From the NCBI GenBank assembly GCA_015662595.1, contig DQTV01000045.1, positions 2,870-66,869 on the forward strand: a stretch of DNA of 64,000 nt. Reading direction: 5' to 3'. Under the pieces are notes generated by a model. That model was not told the origin of the DNA. It saw nothing but the letters and a program-made list of their open reading frames with translations, and searched no databases. The translations under genes and the position numbers were made by a program. Each line of letters begins with the position of its first letter. The stretch's first letter is position 1. The stretch is from Ignisphaera aggregans. Its GTDB lineage: Archaea > Thermoproteota > Thermoprotei_A > Sulfolobales > Ignisphaeraceae. Positions 18,183-27,146 of this stretch are shown here, piece by piece.

Positions 18183-18893
18183 GTGAGTATGATGAATAGT
18201 ACGGGTACTGACCATGTGATGAAGCGGTTCTCGACTGAGCTAACATCATGTAATGAGAAGCTGGACTCTGTACTGTTTAGCGAGCCAAAGAAAATTCTTA
18301 TATATGGTCGTGCAGCTTCTGGAAAAACTAACTTCATTCTTAACGTGATAAAATGTTCCATATCGAAAGCTAGAGAGACACACGACCTTTACCGAACACT
18401 ATTCGTATACATAAGTACTGAAGGCCCTAACTACATTGAGAGAGCGGAACAGCTTGGACTACTTGACAGTGAGAATGTCTTGTATGCGGAGGCTCTAGAT
18501 ACCCTACACTTGATAAGCTTGATTAGCACCCTTATCAGAACCTCATTGATAAGCCGTGTAGCTATGATAGCTATTGATAGCATAAATTTTCATTATAGAG
18601 TCGAAGCTTCATCGATAGATGAGACGAAAAGATTTGTTACGTTGCTTACTCTACTCGATGTAATATCGTCAAACGGTATATGGGTATTAGCGTCAGCCCA
18701 GATTCGGGAGGCAGTTAATAATATCGATGACCTGACACACATAGAGCCTTCGGGATTTCAATACTTAGAACCTTGGGCAGATGTTATAGCCCGTATTGAG
18801 GTGCTGCATCAGCATCGCATTCTTATAGTAGAGAAACCAAAACACTTAGAGATACCCTTTAGCATAGTTAAAGAGGGCATTGCATGGCACTAA
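18183..18893 (+). CDS. RadA paralog / KaiC-like ATPase (aRadC-type)
   Basis: Walker A YGRAASGKTNF and Walker B-like VAMIAIDSI. Possible starts are GTG 18183, ATG 18189/18192 or ATG 18219. All of them overlap the C/D sRNA. Confidence 0.6.
   Translation: MSMMNSTGTDHVMKRFSTELTSCNEKLDSVLFSEPKKILIYGRAASGKTNFILNVIKCSISKARETHDLYRTLFVYISTEGPNYIERAEQLGLLDSENVLYAEALDTLHLISLISTLIRTSLISRVAMIAIDSINFHYRVEASSIDETKRFVTLLTLLDVISSNGIWVLASAQIREAVNNIDDLTHIEPSGFQYLEPWADVIARIEVLHQHRILIVEKPKHLEIPFSIVKEGIAWH
18189..18238 (+). ncRNA. C/D box sRNA (canonical double-guide architecture)
   Basis: AUGAUGA(C 18189-95)-12 nt AUAGUACGGGUA-CUGA(D' 18208-11)-4 nt-GUGAUGA(C' 18216-22)-12 nt AGCGGUUCUCGA-CUGA(D 18235-38). All four boxes are perfect and both spacers are exactly 12 nt. 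Confidence 0.75.
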
Positions 18894-18940
18894 TGCTTTG
18901 TCCATATCTTTAGCCCTTACAAGACTCATCTATATAGAGT

Positions 18941-19147
18941 CTATTGACCTTCAGCTGTGTAGCCACTTTGCGACTCCAACTTCATTACAATATGAGGATA
19001 CTTAATCATCACTCTGTACTTGACGTATTTGTCTTCGGGGGAGAATCTATGTGGGTGTGCGACAACAGTGTCAGAACCACATTGAGGACACTTGACTTTA
19101 AGAGTATACCTTCCACAGGTAGGACATTTCCTTATCTTCCACTTCAT
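18941..19147 (-). CDS. nop10: H/ACA RNP protein Nop10
   Basis: [41 protein letters not shown] zinc ribbon. The ATG overlaps the aIF2-alpha stop (TGATG). Confidence 0.85.
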   Translation of the reverse strand: MKWKIRKCPTCGRYTLKVKCPQCGSDTVVAHPHRFSPEDKYVKYRVMIKYPHIVMKLESQSGYTAEGQ

Positions 19148-19971
19148 CAAGCTTTACCTACTTCTTCACGTTTAAAGTTATATACATCCAGGCCTAGTTC
19201 TCTTGAAAGCTTTTCAGCTTTCTTTAATATTTCGGAAAGGATCCTCTCAGCTACCTTATAATCAGCACTTTCGATCTCTATCTGATACCTTGGTGCGCCA
19301 ACGGTGTATATACGCAAGGTGGTATGGCTATATGGTATCTCAACGGACTCGAGCTCGGATAGGAACTTCTTTATTCTTTCAACACCATCTGGCTTATAGC
19401 TTTGGATCTCAAAGTATCCCCGGATCTTAACTTTCTTGATCTCTATATGTCGTCGCGCTTCATCATATAGAGGGCCTATCCACTCTTCAGGAAGACCTAC
19501 ATTGCGAAGTACATCAGGTCCCTGAATAACACACTCTTCGAATATGGATAGTACATCAGCAAATGCCTTGTATAATGGGGACCACACACGCTCATATGCC
19601 TCCTCTAAGCTCTTACCCAGTTTTTTAGCTGCAAGCTCAATTATTTTCTGCGCTTTCTGATTCCTTTTCCATCGCATCATTCTAACTCTTCGCTCTCCCT
19701 CACTTACCCTCTTTATCGATATGTCTATCTGTGGTGGATGCTTCTTCTTGTCTACGCGTATCACTTTCCCTACAACAATCTGTCCTTCTCTCAATACAGA
19801 TCTTATATCCCTTACATATCGCGTACTAACTTCACTCCATGGGATAAAAGCTTCTAAATTTTCAAATTCTTCCAGATCCGCATATGCACCATACTCAAAA
19901 ACTCTCTTTATCCTAGCTATTACCAGCTCTCCTACTTCAGGCAGATCTCTACGTTTAAAAACCAAACTCAC
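19147..19971 (-). CDS. eif2a: Translation initiation factor aIF2 alpha
   Basis: N-terminal S1 domain ([23 protein letters not shown]), 274 aa. Conserved L44e-S27e-aIF2a-Nop10 operon. Confidence 0.93.
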   Translation of the reverse strand: MSLVFKRRDLPEVGELVIARIKRVFEYGAYADLEEFENLEAFIPWSEVSTRYVRDIRSVLREGQIVVGKVIRVDKKKHPPQIDISIKRVSEGERRVRMMRWKRNQKAQKIIELAAKKLGKSLEEAYERVWSPLYKAFADVLSIFEECVIQGPDVLRNVGLPEEWIGPLYDEARRHIEIKKVKIRGYFEIQSYKPDGVERIKKFLSELESVEIPYSHTTLRIYTVGAPRYQIEIESADYKVAERILSEILKKAEKLSRELGLDVYNFKREEVGKA

Positions 19972-19995
19972 TGAATACCACCGCTACTTCAATGC

Positions 19996-20196
19996 TTACC
20001 CTAAGATCTTTACTATCTCTCCAAGTATCTTAGCCTTACCTCCAGTAGGTATTACGAGCTGTTCTCCACATACTAAACATCTTACAGGAAACGTTGCATG
20101 ATCAAATATTACTTGCTCATTACCGCATTTAGGACAGCGAACTCTAACGAATCGACTCTTAGGTTCTGGGATCAGGATTTTACGCTTTTTAACCAT
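19996..20196 (-). CDS. rps27e: 30S ribosomal protein S27e (eS27)
   Basis: [30 protein letters not shown] zinc ribbon. Confidence 0.9.
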   Translation of the reverse strand: MVKKRKILIPEPKSRFVRVRCPKCGNEQVIFDHATFPVRCLVCGEQLVIPTGGKAKILGEIVKILG

Positions 20197-20200
20197 GACA

Positions 20201-20491
20201 TCACCTCGCGACGAGCTCGTACCTCTTCATCCGTATACCCTTACGGTGCTGGATATATCCACACTGTGTACATTTTAACTTTAACACAACTTTCTTAGTG
20301 ACTTTAGCAAATCGTTTCTGTTCAGGTTTCCTCTTAGATCCGTAACCCTTTAGCTTCCTGAGGTATCTGCGCTGACCTTGCGCTAAGGTTCGCCTCTTCC
20401 CGTGCTTGTATATGGATACCGTATGTACGGTGTGGGTTCGACATCGAGGACAGTAGGTCCTTATGGTCTTAGGTATTTTCAATCGCACCAC
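20201..20491 (-). CDS. rpl44e: 50S ribosomal protein L44e (eL42)
   Basis: [20 protein letters not shown]...LKCTQCGY motif. Confidence 0.9.
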   Translation of the reverse strand: MVRLKIPKTIRTYCPRCRTHTVHTVSIYKHGKRRTLAQGQRRYLRKLKGYGSKRKPEQKRFAKVTKKVVLKLKCTQCGYIQHRKGIRMKRYELVAR

Positions 20492-20544
20492 CTCAATTCT
20501 TCACTACACGCCTATTAACACAGCTATACCGAACCATTTTAAGC

Positions 20545-21036
20545 CTAGATAAACATTAGCGGCTCGACAAAACCTGCTAATGTGTATTGAAACGCTTCAA
20601 CGATATCAAGTAAGACGACATATCCAGGAGTTAGGATGGAGTTACGATAATAAAATCCCTTTCTGACCTTGCATAGCACCTTCATATCAAGAGTTCGAAC
20701 GCCGTACATGACCATGCCTAGATATAGCCCCACAGCCTTTTCAATCAGTGCATGAAGAGCTTCATCAAATGACTTATCTTCACATTTCGATCCCTCCAAC
20801 GCCTTTATCACCCTTAAACGCAGTAATCTGTCCATAACCTTCCTAGTTATATCCTTTGACTTTGAACATACTTCTTCACTCAACTCTTTTCTATCACTAG
20901 ATCTACACCACAACTCCATTCTTATGTTGTCTAGAAAGATTTTATTGATCTCATCGCGAGGTATGGCACTAAGCTTCATACGCTCCATTATCTCATTGAT
21001 AATGATCCTCCATATTGTATCCATAGTCTTTCTCAC
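20545..21036 (-). CDS. Possible GINS subunit (Gins15/51-like)
   Basis: 163 aa helical protein translationally coupled to priS (4-nt overlap). In Sulfolobus, gins15 sits beside priS. No sequence motif was verified. Confidence 0.35.
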   Translation of the reverse strand: MRKTMDTIWRIIINEIMERMKLSAIPRDEINKIFLDNIRMELWCRSSDRKELSEEVCSKSKDITRKVMDRLLRLRVIKALEGSKCEDKSFDEALHALIEKAVGLYLGMVMYGVRTLDMKVLCKVRKGFYYRNSILTPGYVVLLDIVEAFQYTLAGFVEPLMFI

Positions 21037-22214
21037 CTCTTAATTCCAACGATCTTAGCTACTCCTTTAAGAACAAAGTACAAGGCATAGGCCCCCTCAA
21101 GAACCACCTTATCACCTTGATTAAACTTGAACCTTCTATCTATAACTATGATCTCCGGCAGCTTAACCAACATTACAATCGAAAACGTAACGTTATTGAA
21201 GGGGCTCAGAACCGCAGGATCAAGACTAAAGTTAGAGATATCAAGATCGTTGATAGGCATTACTAACCAGCCGGACTTCCCATTAATACTCATTGGTACC
21301 CTAATGAGTCTAGATGTATCTATTGTCACCTTTTCATCCACATGAACTACAGCCTCTGAGAAAGCCTCATCAATTAGTCTATTGATTTCATTAGCGTATC
21401 TTGATATCGTTGACACATCGATATACCAACTTCGACCTAAGATGAAGTCCCGGAGTTGAGGTTGTGAGATCCTTGATGCTAAGTATCTGGCGATCCGTCT
21501 CCTAACCCCACCATCGGTAATGCGAGGTGGTAATGTCAAGATCCTATTCTTACCATGCTTTATCACCCTTATTTTCAGATCATCAATGTTTACCTGACTA
21601 AGCTTCAGGTAGTCAATAATTTCGCGTCGTGCATCAGCGGGCATCAGAGCTTCGTCATTCGAAAGCTCTACAACAATGTGAAAACCTCTATGACCTGAAA
21701 ATGCAAGCTTTATATTGGTGTACCCCAGATCATGCTCTAATACATCAATTAGTTTAAGCACTTCGTGCTTAGCCATATCTATGCATGAGGGCCCAATATG
21801 GTCGAAGCGTGATAATTTTGAACCGCAGTACGGACACGTCTTGACATCCGTGTCCGTTGAGATAAAGCCGCACGATCGACAGTACCATAATTCAATTCGA
21901 TCAACGCATTTTGGTATGTGATCGGCATCAATATCGAACACTAGATCGCTACCCATCCATCCTTTCTCACTCATAGTAGTATTTCCTGGCTCCCTATATC
22001 TTGCAGAGGAGTAGTATAGATGTAAAGGTACATTCGTTACTAAGTACTGTTTAAGCTCTGAAATTGAAGAGAATGAAAGGTGCCTTACGTATGTTTCTAC
22101 ACCAATGGGTTGAATAGCAAATTCTCTAACATAGAAGTCCGAAGGTAAGTCCAGTGAGGCGCGAATATAGTAATCTCTAAACAAGGCCTTTAAAATGCTT
22201 AGGCTTTCCTTCAT
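21033..22214 (-). CDS. priS: DNA primase small (catalytic) subunit PriS
   Basis: Catalytic SDLVFDIDADH motif and a CRSCG...CPYCG zinc knuckle. The likely start ATG at 22214 (MKESLSILKALF) shares one nt with the pcna stop. Confidence 0.85.
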   Translation of the reverse strand: MKESLSILKALFRDYYIRASLDLPSDFYVREFAIQPIGVETYVRHLSFSSISELKQYLVTNVPLHLYYSSARYREPGNTTMSEKGWMGSDLVFDIDADHIPKCVDRIELWYCRSCGFISTDTDVKTCPYCGSKLSRFDHIGPSCIDMAKHEVLKLIDVLEHDLGYTNIKLAFSGHRGFHIVVELSNDEALMPADARREIIDYLKLSQVNIDDLKIRVIKHGKNRILTLPPRITDGGVRRRIARYLASRISQPQLRDFILGRSWYIDVSTISRYANEINRLIDEAFSEAVVHVDEKVTIDTSRLIRVPMSINGKSGWLVMPINDLDISNFSLDPAVLSPFNNVTFSIVMLVKLPEIIVIDRRFKFNQGDKVVLEGAYALYFVLKGVAKIVGIKR

Positions 22215-22975
22215 CACTCGACACGCGGTGCTACATAGACCTTTAGTAACGCGCCTGAAGACAGCTCCGCATCGATTTCGCAAGGCATATCAGGACTCAA
22301 TTTAAATGTTACCGTCTCACTAAGCCTAGCCACCTTAGCTATGAACTCAAAGTATTCAAGCGAGTATGTATTGGCGAATTGCGGTGGATCAGAGGGAGGC
22401 TGATAATCTATTAGAGTACCTGTCGTGGGACTAAACACCATCTCAATCTCTCCTAACTCTGAAGATGCTATCAAGCTCATGCCCTCCTGATCAACGCTTA
22501 TCTTTAGAATTTCGCCAGCCTCACTTAGTATGGATAGCGCCGAGGCTACAGAAGGACCTAAAGTCTTTGCTTGTACCTGAAGTTCGAGACTCAGCTCAGG
22601 AATTTCCTCATACTTGGTCGCTAGCAGTGGCATTGTAAAGCATCTTTCAACACCGCCTTTGGACACCAAACCAAAGGTCAGTCTACTACCATCACTTCGC
22701 AACACTAGCCTATCATTCTTTGTTGCACGTCTAAGAGCCTTTGATGCCAATTCAAGATTTATCGTTATCACCGTCTCCTCCTCAACGTGGTACTCATCGA
22801 ACGCTGTACGAGGAATTATAAAGTCTACCATCATGACATGGCTTGGATCCATAGCCTTAAGTCTCAAACCCTCATCTGGATGAAGCTTTATCCCCACAAC
22901 ATCAAGATAGTCAGCCAAGCCTCGAAGTACATAGCGCCATAAACGGGCATCAGCAAATCTTAGCTCAAGTACCAT
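22214..22975 (-). CDS. pcna: DNA polymerase sliding clamp PCNA (paralog A)
   Basis: 253 aa, typical archaeal PCNA length and N-terminus (FADARLWRYVLRGLADYLD). Forms a pcna-priS-gins operon as in Sulfolobales. Confidence 0.85.
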   Translation of the reverse strand: MVLELRFADARLWRYVLRGLADYLDVVGIKLHPDEGLRLKAMDPSHVMMVDFIIPRTAFDEYHVEEETVITINLELASKALRRATKNDRLVLRSDGSRLTFGLVSKGGVERCFTMPLLATKYEEIPELSLELQVQAKTLGPSVASALSILSEAGEILKISVDQEGMSLIASSELGEIEMVFSPTTGTLIDYQPPSDPPQFANTYSLEYFEFIAKVARLSETVTFKLSPDMPCEIDAELSSGALLKVYVAPRVE

Positions 22976-23079
22976 GGCTTCTGAGCACCCTAGTTTTAGT
23001 TACTTAATCCAAGGATTAAAATGTGTGCACCTAAATACCGTGCACAGTTTTAGCATTGTGATTTGGGGTGATCGGATAG

Positions 23080-23481
23080 TTGTACGAGGAGATAGTGAAG
23101 GTGGATTCCAAGGGTAGAATCACCATACCTGCAACCCTTAGATTGATATTAGGCATAGAGGAGGGATCAAAATTGCTATTGATTGCGGATCCCGACAGCA
23201 TGAAGATAGAGATAAAGGTGGTTCCCCAAAACATTGTGATTGAGAAGCGTGTTATAAATGAAAACGAATTGATAGAGTTTCTGTCTAAACACATCACAAT
23301 GCTATATGCATTGAGCTGTCATCGCATATCGGAACACACTTTTCAATGCAGATTAGCAATATCAGAACAACGCACTCATCCTACAATTAACGCCCTTGAG
23401 AGGTTGGGAGAGAATGGTACATTTAATGATAAAGAGGGGCATATTCATAGTAGGTGGAATTACACTGACTTCGGAGGCTGA
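23080..23481 (+). CDS. AbrB/SpoVT-domain protein with uncharacterised C-terminal half
   Basis: N-terminal VKVDSKGRITIPATLRLILGIEEGSKLLL swapped-hairpin motif. Confidence 0.6.
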   Translation: MYEEIVKVDSKGRITIPATLRLILGIEEGSKLLLIADPDSMKIEIKVVPQNIVIEKRVINENELIEFLSKHITMLYALSCHRISEHTFQCRLAISEQRTHPTINALERLGENGTFNDKEGHIHSRWNYTDFGG

Positions 23482-23998
23482 CTGTACATCGCTATTAATT
23501 AGATTGCCTGACCAAGACGATAGCTATGTATTGCTAGGTGTGGGAAGCGGTAACGCCACCGAAATGCTCTTAAGGAATATAATTGAATTGGGGGTTTCCA
23601 TCAGAGCTGTTAAGTATATAGTAATACCTTACCCATCACGTTGTTTAGCTGGTGCTTGTCGTCAATTTAAGGAGCTTTTTCCAGAAATCCACATAGTTGC
23701 TCATCCTCAATACGCTCCACTGCTACGTAATGGTGTTGGTATAGAGAACGACGCCTATCCACCTTGTCCAGTATCGTATGTTACGGATACTATGTCCGTA
23801 GGGAGAGCAAGGATTAACCTTATCCCCTTAGAAAATTGTATTGGACTTAAAGTTGTATTGTATAAAGATAATATGCCTTACCTTTCATTAAGTATCGTTT
23901 CGATTAAGAAGCTTGAACTCTGTAAGAATCTTGAAGAATTTAGATCGAGCAAAGTTGTGTGCTTAGCTGAAAGACCGATATGTATTCAAGGGTACTAA
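23396..23998 (+). CDS. Hypothetical protein, metallo-beta-lactamase-like pattern lacking the HxHxDH ligands
   Basis: The pattern matches MBL spacing: SYVLLGVGSGNA...IRAVKYIVIPYPSRCLAGAC...IHIVAHPQ. The His/Asp motif is replaced by PYPSRC. Confidence 0.4.
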   Translation: MRGWERMVHLMIKRGIFIVGGITLTSEADCTSLLIRLPDQDDSYVLLGVGSGNATEMLLRNIIELGVSIRAVKYIVIPYPSRCLAGACRQFKELFPEIHIVAHPQYAPLLRNGVGIENDAYPPCPVSYVTDTMSVGRARINLIPLENCIGLKVVLYKDNMPYLSLSIVSIKKLELCKNLEEFRSSKVVCLAERPICIQGY

Positions 23999-24013
23999 GC
24001 GAATCTCATCATA

Positions 24014-24811
24014 GTGGGTAGGAAGCGAATGTTGCTTAAGCGGGTATTTGTTGGTTGTTGTGGTTTCCCTGTTAGTAGGAATAGATATTTTACTGAATTC
24101 AAACTTGTTGAACTGCAAAACACCTTCTATGATTTACCATCAGAATCAGACGCTACCTCATTGAGAAATGCCGTTCCAGCAGATGCCGTATTGACAATGA
24201 AAGCTTGGCAAGTCATTACGCATCCAGCTACAAGCCCTACATGGAAGAAGATGAAAAACAAACCTGAAGGAGATTTAGAGAAGTATGGGTATCTAAGGCC
24301 TACTAAGGAGAATTTGAGAGCTTGGGAGAAAACAGTAGACATCGCTAAGATATTACGCGTACGCGCAATAGTCTTACAGACACCCCCGAGTTTTAGATTC
24401 AGCGAGGATAACCTACAAAGTGTAATCAAATTCTTTGAACAAGCATTAAGCATAGCTCCACGGGACATGCTAGTGTGTTGGGAGCCGCGTGGTGACTGGA
24501 ACCTTCATCGCAATGCACTAAAACAAGTAATTGAGCTAGGTATCGTTCACGTTGTTGATATACTCAAAAACGATCCTATAGTCGATGTTACAGGCATATT
24601 GTATGTTAGACTCCATGGTCTAGGCAAAGGCGAGGTCAATTACCGTTACAAGTATACTGATGCCGATTTAGAAAACTTGGTAAACAAGGTTCTAGGCTAT
24701 AGCAATTCGGTACACGAAGCTTACATTCTCTTCAACAACATATACATGTTTGACGATGCGTTGAGGTTCAGACATAAACTCAAAGCGGTGCTGCAGGACA
24801 TAGTTACTTAG
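24014..24811 (+). CDS. DUF72 (UPF0759) family protein
   Basis: VGCCGFPVSRNRYFTEFKLVELQNTFYDLP N-terminus is typical of DUF72 TIM-barrel proteins. Confidence 0.7.
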   Translation: MGRKRMLLKRVFVGCCGFPVSRNRYFTEFKLVELQNTFYDLPSESDATSLRNAVPADAVLTMKAWQVITHPATSPTWKKMKNKPEGDLEKYGYLRPTKENLRAWEKTVDIAKILRVRAIVLQTPPSFRFSEDNLQSVIKFFEQALSIAPRDMLVCWEPRGDWNLHRNALKQVIELGIVHVVDILKNDPIVDVTGILYVRLHGLGKGEVNYRYKYTDADLENLVNKVLGYSNSVHEAYILFNNIYMFDDALRFRHKLKAVLQDIVT

Positions 24812-24832
24812 GTATTCGTTATCACCTAAAGC

Positions 24833-25594
24833 TCAAGCTCGTGGAGCTATCCACACAACTATTTTACCACCACCACTCAGTTCAAGCTCAACCTTCAAAG
24901 GTTTGTCAGGACCGAAGGCCAAGGTGCACTCCTCTGCTAGATCAAGGATTTTAGTCAATACCTTTAAATGATCGACACTATACCGTACACTAACATTGCT
25001 AACTGTAGCCTCGATATAGCTTAAAGGTTTGAATTGCTTTAACTCTGTTCTGTACTCTCCCAGCTCACCAAAGGAGAGAACTCTTAATGCATTGAGATCA
25101 GATATGTACTGAAACGTTACTTCATCGCCAACTATCGCCGCATCTTTAATTATAGTAGCGAGCTCGTCTGTGGGTAATCTAGTTACTACCTCTAACTCGA
25201 TATCTAGCCCACCAAGACGTTGATACGATATCTCGCTTAGGGAAACCATGTATTCACGCTCAACATTCGTACGTACATTAAACACCCTTATCTTCAGCTC
25301 TCTAGATCCTGCTGTGTATTCAAACGTAACCTTATCTCGCTTAGTCGCTCTTTTGAAGGCTCTGACAAACTCATCCTTTTGAGCAATAATATTAGTTTCT
25401 TCTGTCAGTGTATACTCTTCGAAGGTTGATGAAGGAAGTTCGACAAGCAGCATAACAGCCTTATCGGGACTAAGTCCCTCAATAATGAAGCTCTCTGGAG
25501 AGAAGATAAGAGGTACCTCCTCAAGCACGGCAGAAGCTGCTTGAGCAATCTTCTTGAGATTGGCGCCTATAGGATAAGTTGCTCTCAAACTCAT
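24833..25594 (-). CDS. pcna: DNA polymerase sliding clamp PCNA (paralog B)
   Basis: 253 aa, same length and architecture as the first PCNA and clearly divergent from it. Crenarchaea carry multiple PCNA paralogs. Confidence 0.85.
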   Translation of the reverse strand: MSLRATYPIGANLKKIAQAASAVLEEVPLIFSPESFIIEGLSPDKAVMLLVELPSSTFEEYTLTEETNIIAQKDEFVRAFKRATKRDKVTFEYTAGSRELKIRVFNVRTNVEREYMVSLSEISYQRLGGLDIELEVVTRLPTDELATIIKDAAIVGDEVTFQYISDLNALRVLSFGELGEYRTELKQFKPLSYIEATVSNVSVRYSVDHLKVLTKILDLAEECTLAFGPDKPLKVELELSGGGKIVVWIAPRA

Positions 25595-25668
25595 TCTACC
25601 ACCAGTACTTACTAACAGCTTACAGGAGATAAAAGGAGGTACAGAAATAGCATTAGCGGGACAACATT

Positions 25669-26040
25669 ATGAAGGCCCAGATATCTGAAGTCATAGGTCA
25701 ATACATAGCCGTGAAACTTGATGCCGAGGGAGCAATAAAGTTACTCGAAACCCTCAGAGCGAAACTTGGGAAAGGCGGAGAGGATGTTGACGACGCAATA
25801 AGAATGATACGTAATTTTGATGCCTTCTATGATTTCATGCGCAAAAAGTTTAAAGAGTATTTAACTCCGAAGAAGAACTTGTCCGATATGATTAAAGGCC
25901 TCGTCATTGTAGATAAGATAAAGCTTATCAAGGAGAACGATACAAAGTACGTCGTTATCCTCTTCGACCGTTCTATAAGCAAGGGTGATGTTCTTGCTGT
26001 TCTCTCTGAGTTAGGGTACGAGATAGAAACATCGAGCTAA
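25669..26040 (+). CDS. Hypothetical protein
   Basis: 123 aa ORF with good coding appearance. No recognisable motif. Confidence 0.45.
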   Translation: MKAQISEVIGQYIAVKLDAEGAIKLLETLRAKLGKGGEDVDDAIRMIRNFDAFYDFMRKKFKEYLTPKKNLSDMIKGLVIVDKIKLIKENDTKYVVILFDRSISKGDVLAVLSELGYEIETSS

Positions 26041-26321
26041 CTTCTCCTCCGCCGTCTCACACCCTGAGCTGAAATAGCAGGAACAAGCTCTGATATTATC
26101 TTTCTCGCTTCCTCAATGGATACGACACCTGATACCAACTTATCCCACAGCTCGGACCTCCGTAACATCATATCAATGTCGTTTGGATCCAGCTCCTTTA
26201 CATCAACTACCTCCTCATCGATATTGTATTCTTCGCTACTCTCATCACTCCTTGTTTCACCTTCATAAGTTGACGCTTCAAGCTCTTCCTCGGAAATCAT
26301 GGTACCAACCTCATACCCCAA
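26037..26321 (-). CDS. rpo13: Probable RNA polymerase subunit Rpo13
   Basis: 94 aa with an acidic N-terminus, core LDPNDIDMMLRRSELWDKLVSGVVSIEEARKI resembling Sulfolobus Rpo13, and an RRRRRS tail. Confidence 0.5.
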   Translation of the reverse strand: MGYEVGTMISEEELEASTYEGETRSDESSEEYNIDEEVVDVKELDPNDIDMMLRRSELWDKLVSGVVSIEEARKIISELVPAISAQGVRRRRRS

Positions 26322-26355
26322 CTTGAGTGTGGGGAGTATAGAACGCTAATTAACT

Positions 26356-27066
26356 TTACACTACAATAGTTGGACCTGATGGAATTAAACCGGTTATGAT
26401 TAAGGACGACGGTCTGATTATACAGCCACGTAATAGGTTACGAAGCATCAACAGTACACATATAGTACTAGCTAGGCCTGCTGAAAGTAGGGGATTCGGA
26501 ATCGGTAACCGTAGAGTATACATAAGCATGTAAAGCCACATCAATGATATTGCGTATATTGTACAAACATAGCATGTAAGCAGTTCCAACACTCTTCGTC
26601 TCCTTATTATGTTAATAACGTTGATTTTAACACAATACTTAAATCTCATCTCTATATTGTGTATCCTAATGTTCAAGCCTAGCAATCCCATCAATTTTAG
26701 CACGATGAAGAGCGTAAGAATAGACATGAACATGTATATCAACGCAATGATAAAGTCAAAAGACATTGTGTATATAAACAGCGTTTCAAGTAATACCATG
26801 TACCTTCGATTTAGAACTACGTTTCTGAACGACTCGATAAGACACAATACAAAGAGGGTGAACAGTGCTGAAATGCTGTTCATTATCCTATATATAATTG
26901 ATTGTATAAACCACCACGAAGACATGAAAGTTCCTGAAATTGAGTGTAGCGTTGGAGCTGTGTTTGTATAAGGCCATACGCTTAATAATACCGTATATAT
27001 TAGGACCCCTAACACTGCGTTGAACAACGTGACAAGCATCCACATGATATCCTTTAAGCGCATCAT
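26356..27066 (-). CDS. Polytopic membrane protein (6-7 TM), unknown function
   Basis: 236 aa, very hydrophobic, visibly AT-rich codon usage. Divergent from the Lhr helicase gene. Confidence 0.55.
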   Translation of the reverse strand: MMRLKDIMWMLVTLFNAVLGVLIYTVLLSVWPYTNTAPTLHSISGTFMSSWWFIQSIIYRIMNSISALFTLFVLCLIESFRNVVLNRRYMVLLETLFIYTMSFDFIIALIYMFMSILTLFIVLKLMGLLGLNIRIHNIEMRFKYCVKINVINIIRRRRVLELLTCYVCTIYAISLMWLYMLMYTLRLPIPNPLLSAGLASTICVLLMLRNLLRGCIIRPSSLIITGLIPSGPTIVV

Positions 27067-27146
27067 GGTCTATCAACGTCTATAGGGCGTGATACGAGGT
27101 ACACTCTCTGCGTACTCCAGTGAAAATATGAGGAGGAATCAAATAA

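Noticed and set aside
20745-20768. UUGAUGA-13 nt-CUGA on the minus strand inside the GINS-like gene; similar isolated C-box-like heptamers occur inside many coding regions
   Set aside because: No second box pair (C'/D) follows at any acceptable spacing. Single UGAUGA...CUGA coincidences are expected in coding sequence.
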